From: an uncultured Pseudomonadales bacterium
Lineage (GTDB): Bacteria > Patescibacteriota > Microgenomatia > UBA1400 > PJMF01
Direction: 5' to 3'
Assembly: GCA_964620965.1 (NCBI GenBank)
Contig: CAZUHV010000001.1
Location: 213,839 to 277,838 of the forward strand
DNA length: 64,000 nucleotides
The notes beneath the pieces were generated by a model. It saw nothing but the letters and a program-made list of their open reading frames with translations, had not been told where the DNA came from and searched no databases. A program made the position numbers and the translations under genes. The first letter of the stretch is position 1, and each line of letters begins with the position of its first letter. Below, piece by piece: positions 39,286 through 48,664 of this stretch.

Positions 39286-42200
39286 TTAAACTTTAAGCTC
39301 TGCTCTTTCTCTACTGGTTGGAATCAAACGACCAATGATGACGTTTTCCTTCAAACCTTCAAGATCATCAATATCACCTGCAGAAGCTGCGTCAGTTAAC
39401 ACATTCTTGGTGTGTTGGAATGATGCTGCAGATAACCATGAAGAGGTAAAGAGTGAAGATCTGGTAATACCTAAGAATAAAACTTTAGCTGTTGCTGGTT
39501 CACCACCTGCAGCCATTGCTTCATCGTTAGCTTCCATAAATCTTGCTCTTTCAATAACCTCACCAGTTAAGAAATCTGTATCACCTGCTGATTCAATCAT
39601 GACTTTATCAGACATCTTTCTGATAATAACTTCAAAGTGTTTGTCGTGAATAGGAATACCTTGAGACTCATACACTGCTTGAACTTGGTCAATTGTATAT
39701 TGTTGAGTTTGTGTTAAACCGGTAACAACCATAAGTTCTTTTGGACTGATTGATCCAGAAGTAAGTTGTTGTCCCGCATAGACAAGTTCGCCGTCTTCAA
39801 CAACAATATCTGCTGTTGCAGCAACTTTGTACTCGACTTCTTCAACAGGAGATGAGGTAGTTCTCACAGTGATAACAATCTCTTTGTCTGTTTCTTCTAG
39901 TGAAACCTTACCTGAAATCTCAGCAATAAGCGCTTGATTCTTTGGATTTCTTGCTTCAAGAAGTTCCTCGACACGTGGTAAACCTTGAGTCACGTCAGCA
40001 CCAACGATACCACCTTTATGTTTGGTTCTCATTGTAAGCTGTGTACCTGGCTCACCAATAGATTGTGCAGCCAAGATACCTACTGGAACACCAATTTCGA
40101 TCATCTTGGATGTCGAGAAATCGACACCATAACATTGTGCACAAAGTCCTTTTGGAGCTTCACAGGTTAATGGAGATCTCACATCAACAGTTGATAAACC
40201 TGCTTCTACAAGTTCTTCTGACAACTCTGTTGTAAGAAGTGTACCTTTTTCAGCTACAACTTTACCGTTGATAACTGCATCATTTGCTAAAATTCTTCCA
40301 GAAATTCTGGTTGCAAAAATGTCTGCTCTGTCTTCATTGTTAATAGTAATGAATTCTTCTGTTCCACAGTCTTCTAGTCTGATAATTGCATCATGAGAAA
40401 CATCACAAAGACGTCTAGTAAGATACCCTGCATCAGCTGTTTTAATAGCAGAGTCAGTCAAACCTTTACGTGAACCTCTTGCAGATGTCACATACTCGAA
40501 AATTGTCAAACCTTCTCTAAAGTTAGACTTTGTAGGCATTTCGACAATGTTTCCAAGTGGGTCAACAACCAAACCACGCATAGCAGCAAGCTGTTTAACC
40601 TGGTCTTTTGAAGCACGAGTACCACCTGATTCGATAATCACTTTAACCGCGTTATCAGATGAGTATGTTTTCCATGTTTTTTCTGCAATATCTTCTGTTG
40701 TATCAATCCAAACATCAAATGAAAGTCTCTTTCTTTCTTCAAGTGCGATCATACCTTCATTGTATTGTTCTTGGATTTCTTCAACTTTCTTGTTTGCAGC
40801 TTCAATGATTTGATCTTTTTCTGGGATCATTTCACAGTCTGAAACAGAAACTGAAATACCAGAAACTGTTGCAGCTTCAAAACCTAAATCTTTAATGCTG
40901 TCAATCAATGTTGTCACAGTATCTCTGTCTAAAGTCTTGATTGCTGTTGTGACCAATTGTTTGATTCTCTTTGCAGGAACGGCTTCGTTGATGAAACCAA
41001 ATTCTTCTGGGAGAAGATCATTGAATTGCAATCTTCCAACAGTTGTTTCTACAACCTTGTTTGCACCATTAACCTCAGTTCTAACCTTTGCAAGTTGTCT
41101 TAAACCAAGTCTTCCAACTTGATATGCATGGTATGCCTCATCCTTTGAAGCAAAAATTCCAGGGAACATATCTAGTTTTTCATTAATTGCTGTGTGGTAA
41201 TAGACACCCATTGCCATTTCTTTGTTAGGAATGGTAATTGGCTCACCGTTTGCAGGTTTCAAAAGGTTGTGTGTTGCCATCATCAATTCTTGAGCTTCTT
41301 CTTGAGCTTTCTTTGTTAATGGAACGTGGACAGCCATTTGGTCACCATCAAAGTCAGCGTTGTATCCTGAACAAACACATGGATGCAATCGAATAGCATT
41401 TCCTTCAATCAAAATTGGGAAGAAAGCCTGCATACCGAGTTTGTGCAAAGTTGGCGCACGGTTCAAGATAACTGGATGGTTTTTGGTAACTTGCTCGAGA
41501 ATGTCGTAAACCTCTGGTTCATGTCTTTCGATTAAGTGTTTTGCACTCTTAACGTTTGGAGCAATACCATTGACAATGAGTTCTCTTAAGACATAAGGTT
41601 TGAACATTTCCAAAGCCATATCTTTTGGTAAACCACATTCGTTAAGTTTAAGTTCTGGACCAACAACGATAACTGAACGTCCAGAATAGTCGACACGTTT
41701 ACCAAGAAGGTTTTGTCTGAAACGACCTTGTTTACCTTTAAGCATTTCACTTAAGGATTTAAGTGGTCTTCTTGTTTGTCTTCTTCTAGATGCTCTTGCG
41801 CTAGAACCGTCAATCAATGAGTCAACTGCTTCTTGAAGCATACGTTTTTCATTTCTTAAAATGATTTCTGGAGCGCCAAGTTCAATTAAGTGTTTCAAAC
41901 GGTTATTACGGTTAATAACTCTTCTGTATAAGTCGTTAAGGTCTGATGTTGCAAATCTACCACCGGATAATTGAACCATAGGTCTTAAGTCTGGTGGGAT
42001 AACTGGTAATACAGTCATGAACATCCAAGATGGTTTTATTCTTGCTTTTCTTAAGCCTTCAACAACTCTTAATCTCTTGGTTGCTTTCAGACGTTTTGCA
42101 CCTTTAGATTCAGCTACTTGGTCTCTTAGTTTGACAACCAAATCATCCAAATCGACTTCAGAAACGAGTTCTAAAATACTCTCTGCACCCATACCAACTC

Positions 42201-42981
42201 TTAGGTGGTCTGCGGCATTGTAGTCATCAAGTTTAATAAACTCGTCTTCTGTAAGGATTGTACCTTTTGAAATTTTCTTAACCATTTGTTTAACGGTTTT
42301 GTAAATTTCTTCGGTTTGTTCGAGTTGAACTTCGAGTTGTTTCTTGATTCCAGCTAACTTGTTTTTAGCTTTAAGTTCAAGTTCTGTGAGTTTAAGTTGC
42401 AAAGTTTCTTTATTTGTAACTTTTTCTTTTAGATTCTTTTGATCTCCAGCTAATGCAGTGGTAACTGCTTCCATTTCTTTCTTAGCGTTGTCACGGAGTT
42501 CGTCTTGTGCAGCAACTGCATCAACCTCTAGGTTATCAAGAACCGCAACTCTTTCCTCTGTATCAACATCTAAAACTACATATTTTGAAAAGTAGATAAT
42601 TGAGCTCAAGTTTCTTGGGCTAATATCTAAAAGTAATGAAAGTTTTGATGGAGCCCCCTTAAAGAACCAGATGTGTGCAACTGGAGCTGCCAAAGAAATG
42701 TGTCCCATTCTTTCACGTCTGACTTTTGATTGGGTAACTTCAACACCACATTTGTCACAAACAATACCTTTGTAACGAATTCTCTTGTACTTACCACAGT
42801 AACACTCGTAGTCTTTAATAGGTCCAAAGATTTTCTCGTCAAAAAGGCCATCTTTTTCTGCCTTTAAAGATCTATAGTTGATTGTTTCTGGTTTTTTAAC
42901 TTCACCGTAGGACCAAGATTTAATTGTATCTGGATCTGCGATTCTGATTTCTAGAGCTGAAAAGTTAATTATATTTTTCAT
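39286..42981 (-). CDS. rpoC: RNA polymerase subunit beta'
   Basis: Zinc finger CYCGKYK..CDKC, NADFDGDQM, GEPGTQLTMRT. Confidence 0.99.
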   Translation of the reverse strand: MKNIINFSALEIRIADPDTIKSWSYGEVKKPETINYRSLKAEKDGLFDEKIFGPIKDYECYCGKYKRIRYKGIVCDKCGVEVTQSKVRRERMGHISLAAPVAHIWFFKGAPSKLSLLLDISPRNLSSIIYFSKYVVLDVDTEERVAVLDNLEVDAVAAQDELRDNAKKEMEAVTTALAGDQKNLKEKVTNKETLQLKLTELELKAKNKLAGIKKQLEVQLEQTEEIYKTVKQMVKKISKGTILTEDEFIKLDDYNAADHLRVGMGAESILELVSEVDLDDLVVKLRDQVAESKGAKRLKATKRLRVVEGLRKARIKPSWMFMTVLPVIPPDLRPMVQLSGGRFATSDLNDLYRRVINRNNRLKHLIELGAPEIILRNEKRMLQEAVDSLIDGSSARASRRRQTRRPLKSLSEMLKGKQGRFRQNLLGKRVDYSGRSVIVVGPELKLNECGLPKDMALEMFKPYVLRELIVNGIAPNVKSAKHLIERHEPEVYDILEQVTKNHPVILNRAPTLHKLGMQAFFPILIEGNAIRLHPCVCSGYNADFDGDQMAVHVPLTKKAQEEAQELMMATHNLLKPANGEPITIPNKEMAMGVYYHTAINEKLDMFPGIFASKDEAYHAYQVGRLGLRQLAKVRTEVNGANKVVETTVGRLQFNDLLPEEFGFINEAVPAKRIKQLVTTAIKTLDRDTVTTLIDSIKDLGFEAATVSGISVSVSDCEMIPEKDQIIEAANKKVEEIQEQYNEGMIALEERKRLSFDVWIDTTEDIAEKTWKTYSSDNAVKVIIESGGTRASKDQVKQLAAMRGLVVDPLGNIVEMPTKSNFREGLTIFEYVTSARGSRKGLTDSAIKTADAGYLTRRLCDVSHDAIIRLEDCGTEEFITINNEDRADIFATRISGRILANDAVINGKVVAEKGTLLTTELSEELVEAGLSTVDVRSPLTCEAPKGLCAQCYGVDFSTSKMIEIGVPVGILAAQSIGEPGTQLTMRTKHKGGIVGADVTQGLPRVEELLEARNPKNQALIAEISGKVSLEETDKEIVITVRTTSSPVEEVEYKVAATADIVVEDGELVYAGQQLTSGSISPKELMVVTGLTQTQQYTIDQVQAVYESQGIPIHDKHFEVIIRKMSDKVMIESAGDTDFLTGEVIERARFMEANDEAMAAGGEPATAKVLFLGITRSSLFTSSWLSAASFQHTKNVLTDAASAGDIDDLEGLKENVIIGRLIPTSRERAELKV

Positions 42982-42990
42982 GTCGGTCTC

Positions 42991-45900
42991 CTATTCTTCG
43001 TCCTCAACTAATTCATCACTAAATTCTGATTCATCCGGCTCCATGTCCATATCTTCAGGTTCAACAAGCTCTGCATCTTCGTTGACTTCCATTTCCTCTT
43101 CAGAATTTTCGAAGTCATCAGCTGGCATATCTTCTGGAGAAAGTTCAACTGTTTCTTCAGTTTCGATTTCTTCTTCTTCCTCAATTTCATGAGGAACAAC
43201 GTCTATACCAAGTGAGTTAAGCTCTCTCATTAACACTCTGAAAGATTCAGGAACTGTTGGTTCTGGAATATCAAGTCCTTTAACGATGGATTCAAATGCT
43301 TTTGCACGACCCATGACGTCGTCAGACTTAATTGTAAGCATTTCTTGCAGTGTGTGTGCTGCTTTATGTGCTTCAAGTGCCCAGACTTCCATTTCTCCGA
43401 GTCTTTGACCACCCATTTGTGCTTTACCACCAAGAGGTTGTTGTGTGACTAAAGAATATGGACCAGTTGAACGTGCATGCATCTTGTCTTCCACCATGTG
43501 TGAAAGTTTTAAGATGTAACCAATACCAACTGTTGTTGTCTCAGCAAATTTTTCACCAGTTCTACCGTCAATTAATTGAGCTTTTCCAGTAACTGGAAGA
43601 CCTGCTCTTTCAAGTTCTTGCCAAATCTTTGCTTCGTTGAATTGTTCGAAAGCTGGGATAGCAATCTTGTAACCAAGTTTTTGTGCTGCCCAACCTGCGT
43701 GTGCTTCCAAAAGCTGTCCAAGATTCATACGAGCCAAGACAGAAAGTGGAGAAATAATAATATCAACTGGAGTACCGTCTTCTAGGTGTGGCATATCTGC
43801 AGTTGGAACAATCTTAGAAATAACACCTTTGTTTCCGTGTCTTCCTGCCAACTTGTCACCAACAGTGATTTTTCTTACTTGAGCAACTCTTACAGTGACT
43901 TCTTTAAGAGTACCTGGATCAAGCTCGTCACCAAGTTCTGCATCTAAGACTTGAACTTCAATAACTGTACCAGCTTGACCATGTGGGAGTCTCAATGAGG
44001 TATCTCTCACTTCTCTGGATTTTTCACCAAAGATAGCTCTTAATAATCTTTCTTCTGGAGAAAGTTCTGTTTCACCTTTTGGAGCAATCTTACCAACTAA
44101 GATATCACCAGAGGTAACAACTGAACCTACACGGATAATACCTTCTGGAGTTAAGTTTGAAAGATAGACTTCTGAAACATTAGGAATATCATTTGTAAGT
44201 TCTTCAGGACCTAGTTTAGTGTCCATGACTTTTGCTTTGTATTCATTAATCTGAACAGAGGTTAGAGTGTCATCTTTAACTAATCTTTCAGAGATAACGA
44301 TAGCGTCTTCATATCCAAGACCTTCAAATGATGCATATGCGATTGTAAGGTTTGCACCAAGTGCTAACTCACCACCATCTGCTGCAGGACCGTCAATAAT
44401 AACGTCACCTTCTTTGATTTTGTCACCAACTTTAACGATTGGTCTTTGTGAGTATGAAGTTGATTGTGATGTTCTCATGAACTTAGTAATAGTATAGGTT
44501 TCGACTCCATCTGCATAATGATAAAGTTCATCATTAAGTTCTTCTGCCTCAGCTTCTGCTTTCTTTGCTGCAGGTTTGCTCAACTCAACAACAATTTTGC
44601 TTGCATCAACATAAGAAACAGTTCCATCATGTAGGGCTTTAACTGTTCTATTCATTGCTGTTGCGATAGCACCTTCCATACCAGTACCAACAATTGGGGA
44701 TTGTGGTCTCACTAATGGGACTGCTTGACATTGCATGTGAGTACCCATCAAAGCACGGTTTGCTTCGTCATTAGCAATAAATGGAATCAATGATGCTGAA
44801 GTACCAATCACTTGGTGTGGAACAACGTCAATATATTGGACAGCTTCTACTGGACCTTCAGTAAAGTTGTTCATAAAACGCATAGCAACCCATTCATCTT
44901 GAATGACACCCTTGTCATCCATATTGACACTTGCGTGAGTAATTCTGTAGTCTTCTTCTTCGTCTGCAGAAAGATAGGTAATTTCATCAGAAACAACCAT
45001 CTTGCCATTTTTGTTTTCAACTTTTCTGTATGGAGCTTCCAAGAACCCAAAGTTGTTGACTTTTGCATATAAAGAAAGGTAGGTAACCAAACCAATGTTT
45101 GGACCTTCTGGAGATCTGACCGGGTCAATTCTTGAGTATTGTGATGCATTGATGTCACGCATAGAAAATGATGCGCGTTCTCTGGTAACACCACCGGTAC
45201 CCATAACTGACAAACGTCTTAAGTTATCAATTTCTGAAAGTGGGTTTGTTTGGTCTAAAATTGTTGAAAGTCTGTTTCTTCTAAAGAACTCTGAAATTGT
45301 AGCAATCAGTGGTCTTGCATTAACTAAAGCTGCTGGGGTAAGCACATCTTCAGTCTTTGTAAGAGACATTTTTTCACGAATAGATTTTTCTAATCTGATT
45401 AAACCAATTCTGAAAGCTGATTCTTTAACTAACTCACCAATTTGTCTGACTCTACGGTTTGAAAGGTGGTCGATATCATCAACTTTACCTTGACCATTTT
45501 GGAGTTTGAGCAAGTATTTAACTGCTGCAACAATGTCGTCTGCAGTTAAAATAGTAGTATCCGCAGCGACAGAAACACTTAATCTTCTATTAAGTTTGTA
45601 TCTACCAACTCTACCAAGATCATATCTCTTTGGATCAAAGAAAAGTTGTTTAAAGTATTCTCTTGAGGTTTCTAAGACTGCTGGTTCACCAGGTCTCATT
45701 TTTTCATAAATCTCGATTAATGCTTCTTCTTGAGTTTTTGTAGCATCTTTTTCGATTGTGTTTGCAATTAAGTTATATTCATCTGCTGCAATTTCATCTT
45801 TGAGTAAATCTAAAATTTCTTCATCTGAAGCAAATCCGAGTGCTCTTAAAAGAACAGTTACAGGGATTTTTCTTCTTCTGTCGATTTTAACGGTAATAAC

Positions 45901-46437
45901 ATCTCTCTTACCAACTGTGATTTCAATCCATGAACCTCTTTTTGGTCTTAATTCTGCAGTGTACAAGTTTCTTCCGAGCATATTTTCCATAGCTCCGCTA
46001 AAGAAAACACCTGGAGATCTAACTAATTGGGTAACAACGGCACGCTCAATACCATTAATAATAAAGGTACCAATCTTGGTCATTTTTGGGATATCACCCA
46101 AAAAGACTTCTTGGGTTTTTTCTTCCCCAGTTCTTTTGTTAATCAAGGTAGCTTCAACATATAAAGGCATGTCATAGGTGACACCTTTATTTTTAGCTTG
46201 GGTTACAGTGTACTTTGATCTACCAAATCTGAATTCTCCAAAAGAAAGAGACCAGTTTTTACCTGTATAGTCTTCAATTCCTTTTTCACCGTTAACGTCT
46301 TGTAAAGCCTCTTTAACACCTGAGCTTAAAAAATCTTTATAAGAATCTAACTGCAACTTAATTAAATCTAGTTCTGGGAGAACTGTGTGTGATTGTCCCC
46401 AATTTTGTCGAAGATCTTGCTTCATAAAAGGCTCCAT
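42991..46437 (-). CDS. rpoB: RNA polymerase subunit beta with acidic C-terminal tail
   Basis: SPEGPNIGL, GDKLAGRHGNKG, GGQRLGEMEVWALE. Confidence 0.99.
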   Translation of the reverse strand: MEPFMKQDLRQNWGQSHTVLPELDLIKLQLDSYKDFLSSGVKEALQDVNGEKGIEDYTGKNWSLSFGEFRFGRSKYTVTQAKNKGVTYDMPLYVEATLINKRTGEEKTQEVFLGDIPKMTKIGTFIINGIERAVVTQLVRSPGVFFSGAMENMLGRNLYTAELRPKRGSWIEITVGKRDVITVKIDRRRKIPVTVLLRALGFASDEEILDLLKDEIAADEYNLIANTIEKDATKTQEEALIEIYEKMRPGEPAVLETSREYFKQLFFDPKRYDLGRVGRYKLNRRLSVSVAADTTILTADDIVAAVKYLLKLQNGQGKVDDIDHLSNRRVRQIGELVKESAFRIGLIRLEKSIREKMSLTKTEDVLTPAALVNARPLIATISEFFRRNRLSTILDQTNPLSEIDNLRRLSVMGTGGVTRERASFSMRDINASQYSRIDPVRSPEGPNIGLVTYLSLYAKVNNFGFLEAPYRKVENKNGKMVVSDEITYLSADEEEDYRITHASVNMDDKGVIQDEWVAMRFMNNFTEGPVEAVQYIDVVPHQVIGTSASLIPFIANDEANRALMGTHMQCQAVPLVRPQSPIVGTGMEGAIATAMNRTVKALHDGTVSYVDASKIVVELSKPAAKKAEAEAEELNDELYHYADGVETYTITKFMRTSQSTSYSQRPIVKVGDKIKEGDVIIDGPAADGGELALGANLTIAYASFEGLGYEDAIVISERLVKDDTLTSVQINEYKAKVMDTKLGPEELTNDIPNVSEVYLSNLTPEGIIRVGSVVTSGDILVGKIAPKGETELSPEERLLRAIFGEKSREVRDTSLRLPHGQAGTVIEVQVLDAELGDELDPGTLKEVTVRVAQVRKITVGDKLAGRHGNKGVISKIVPTADMPHLEDGTPVDIIISPLSVLARMNLGQLLEAHAGWAAQKLGYKIAIPAFEQFNEAKIWQELERAGLPVTGKAQLIDGRTGEKFAETTTVGIGYILKLSHMVEDKMHARSTGPYSLVTQQPLGGKAQMGGQRLGEMEVWALEAHKAAHTLQEMLTIKSDDVMGRAKAFESIVKGLDIPEPTVPESFRVLMRELNSLGIDVVPHEIEEEEEIETEETVELSPEDMPADDFENSEEEMEVNEDAELVEPEDMDMEPDESEFSDELVEDEE

Positions 46438-46603
46438 TCTACTTACTTCACTCGAGGTAATAATTCTTTATCCACTAAAAAATGGCAGAGGTAACTCTAG
46501 GATTAAACTCTCTGCTTAAATTATTATTTAGTTTGACTTGAAGTCATGTACTGTATTGTACTCAAGAAACTACCCCACTAATTTTTTGTACACTGAACTG
46601 CCG

Positions 46604-46632
46604 ATTATAACAAAAGTTGTTCATTAACGCAA
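46604..46632 (-). promoter_or_regulatory. Putative rpoBC promoter
   Basis: TTGCGT-N17-TATAAT with TG extension, overlapping the end of mltG. Confidence 0.6.
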
Positions 46633-47610
46633 GTATTTATTTATATTTGCGTTATGTTGTTCAAGGGTTTCTGCAGTATATATTGAACCGTCATTTGCGT
46701 GAATATAAAATAGGTCGTCACTTTCCAGAGGTAAAAGCGTAGCTTTAATTGCATCGAAGCCTGGATTTGCGATAGGTTGTGGAGGTAAACCAGGATGCAA
46801 ATAAGTATTAAAAGAAGACTCTAGTTGTTTTTGTGCTGCAGTTGGAGGAGCCCACCAAGTTTGTTCTTGGGTATTATAGCCAGCAACATACTGTAAAGTT
46901 GCATCAACCTGTAGTGCCATACCTAAATCAATCCTGTTCCACAATATACCTGCGACTTGACGCATTTGCTCATAGTTACGAGCCTCTCTTTCTACTAAAG
47001 ATGCCATAATTAAAACGTCTTCAAAATCTCTGTTCGATTCTGATATTTCTTCAGACAAACCTTGTACAATTTTTCTTTCAAACGTATTTACAAGCATGCT
47101 GTGAATATTTTCTGTAGACATCTCTCGAGGAACTAAATAAGTATCTGGAAATAGCATCCCCTCTGAATCTTTGGCTAACTCTAAAAATTCTTCCTGGTCA
47201 AATGAATCGAGGTCTTGTTGAGCCAAACTTTCTGCAATTTCTTCTGTACGCCACCCTTCCAAAATTGTAATCCAGGTATCTTGAGTTCCGGTTGTAAGCT
47301 GTTTTGCAACTTCATAAGTAGTTAAGTTCGGGGCAATATCAAATGATCCTGCCTGTATAGCTGGCGCTAAATTTGTAAAACTCACAATCAAACGAAACAC
47401 AAATGCATTTTTAATTAAGCCACTCTCCTCTAAGCGGGAACCAATAATACTGATTGCTTGACCCTTTGGAATAACAAAACGAATTGTTTCTGCCTGAGTA
47501 CTTACAGGTTGTGAAAGTGTATAAAACACCATAAGTGGAGTAAGTAAGAGAAAAAACCCCAGCAAGGTCCAGAGTAATATGAATTTTTTGATTTTTTTAA
47601 ACATATCCAT
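46624..47610 (-). CDS. mltG: Endolytic transglycosylase MltG (YceG family)
   Basis: EGMLFPDTY, MASLVERE, LQVDAT, NTYLHPGLPPQPIANPG; N-terminal TM; start probably 47610. Confidence 0.93.
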   Translation of the reverse strand: MDMFKKIKKFILLWTLLGFFLLLTPLMVFYTLSQPVSTQAETIRFVIPKGQAISIIGSRLEESGLIKNAFVFRLIVSFTNLAPAIQAGSFDIAPNLTTYEVAKQLTTGTQDTWITILEGWRTEEIAESLAQQDLDSFDQEEFLELAKDSEGMLFPDTYLVPREMSTENIHSMLVNTFERKIVQGLSEEISESNRDFEDVLIMASLVEREARNYEQMRQVAGILWNRIDLGMALQVDATLQYVAGYNTQEQTWWAPPTAAQKQLESSFNTYLHPGLPPQPIANPGFDAIKATLLPLESDDLFYIHANDGSIYTAETLEQHNANINKYLR

Positions 47611-47638
47611 AATTCTTTTCTTTTGAATCATAAGTATA

Positions 47639-48019
47639 TCAGTTTTCATCAATCCAGTTCTGCAAGAATTCAGCGGCGGCAAAGTGATCTATGTTTCCAG
47701 ATCTTTTAGATTTTTTTGCATTTTTTAATTTAGTATGAACAGAATGAGAACTAAGTGTTTCGTCCATATAAATAATTGGCAAGTTTGTGTGCTTTTTTAA
47801 TTCTGATACAAATTGCTTTGTTTTCTCTGCCATCTCATTTTCTGACAATCCAACCAAAATTTGCTCTACTTCATTCTCATTACATAACGTAACTATTTCA
47901 GCAAAAAGATGTTCCGTATTTGGCAAAATTACCAGAGGATCAGCAAGTGTATGCATGGAAACCGCAGTACCAACACGAACTGTTCCATAATCAATTGCTA
48001 AAGTTTTAGGAATTTCCAT
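47639..48019 (-). CDS. ruvX: YqgF/RuvX pre-16S rRNA nuclease family protein
   Basis: LAIDYGTVRVG, VGLS, MDETLSS, IDHFAA; start at ATG 48019. Confidence 0.9.
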   Translation of the reverse strand: MEIPKTLAIDYGTVRVGTAVSMHTLADPLVILPNTEHLFAEIVTLCNENEVEQILVGLSENEMAEKTKQFVSELKKHTNLPIIYMDETLSSHSVHTKLKNAKKSKRSGNIDHFAAAEFLQNWIDEN

Positions 48020-48063
48020 ATAGCTATTGTAGCATTGATGTAGATATGCAGGTGCAGATATGA

Positions 48064-48091
48064 AAATGCCTGGCTTTACGGCCAGGCATTT
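48064..48091 (-). terminator. Hairpin terminator downstream of the GC-rich orphan gene
   Basis: AAATGCCTGGC-N6-GCCAGGCATTT. Confidence 0.7.
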
Positions 48092-48111
48092 GACAAAAAG
48101 AGGTTTAGAAA

Positions 48112-48429
48112 TTAGTCGCCTTCCCCTGCCGCTTCTGCGGCGTAGGGGTCGTAGGTGGGCGGGCAAAGCTCTGGCGAGTGAATGCTCACCAGCTTGGTCC
48201 CTGAAGCCTCGTACAAAATCCCATCTTGGGAGATGTACTTGGCTTGCCAACTATACATGCTGGTGCCCGTGCTGGGCTCCAGCGAGTTGGAAACATCATC
48301 CATCCTTTCGGCCTGGCAAGATCTTGGGGCGATCGGGTCGCCCTTCTCGACTTCTCCTCCAACTCCGGCGCTTGCAACTGCAAGGCCGACGAGGATCAAA
48401 ATAACTACTACAGTCAGAAACTTTTTCAC
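48112..48429 (-). CDS. GC-rich hypothetical secreted protein, 105 aa
   Basis: GTG start preceded by AAGGTGA RBS; signal peptide MKKFLTVVVILILVGLAVASA; two Cys; hand count ~57% GC over 48121-48420. Confidence 0.7.
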   Translation of the reverse strand: MKKFLTVVVILILVGLAVASAGVGGEVEKGDPIAPRSCQAERMDDVSNSLEPSTGTSMYSWQAKYISQDGILYEASGTKLVSIHSPELCPPTYDPYAAEAAGEGD

Positions 48430-48475
48430 GGTATCACCTTGAAAAATTGAGATAACTGGGGAGCTTCTTATGGCA

Positions 48476-48521
48476 ACCCCAGAAGAAAAAGTACACATTT
48501 CCATACTTTTTCTTCTGGGGT
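48476..48521. repeat. Perfect 18-bp inverted repeat in the orphan gene's leader
   Basis: ACCCCAGAAGAAAAAGTA-N10-TACTTTTTCTTCTGGGGT. Confidence 0.9.
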
Positions 48522-48618
48522 CTTACTAACCTCTTTTAATGTACCGTATTTTGTAACAATACAAACTGTTATTCGCATTGAATAACGCCTCTATGTGGCA
48601 CAAAACACAAGCGAGATC

Positions 48619-48647
48619 ATTATATCACTATAACAACAAAATGTAAA
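48619..48647 (-). promoter_or_regulatory. Sigma70-type promoter of the orphan gene
   Basis: TTTACA-N17-TATAAT with TGn extension. Confidence 0.7.
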
Positions 48648-48664
48648 TGCTATGGGACAATATT

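Noticed and set aside
17868-46177. Numerous 60-200 aa antisense and alternate-frame ORFs over r-protein, tuf, fusA and rpoBC genes
   Set aside because: Shadow ORFs from the codon bias of highly expressed genes; no RBS or recognisable motifs
39286-46437. Inteins or introns in rpoB/rpoC
   Set aside because: Lengths are normal, motifs are contiguous, and no intein termini or homing-endonuclease motifs were seen
48020-48250. 77-aa N-terminal extension of RuvX in the ORF track, and plus-strand ORFs 48060-48450
   Set aside because: They cross a terminator and overlap the orphan gene; stop-poor GC-rich DNA yields spurious frames, and the YqgF fold begins at ATG 48019
48040-48440. GC-rich patch as a structural RNA (RNase P, tmRNA, SRP)
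   Set aside because: No GAGGAAAGUCC, tRNA-like ends or SRP loop motif seen; a minus-strand ORF with RBS and signal peptide explains it better
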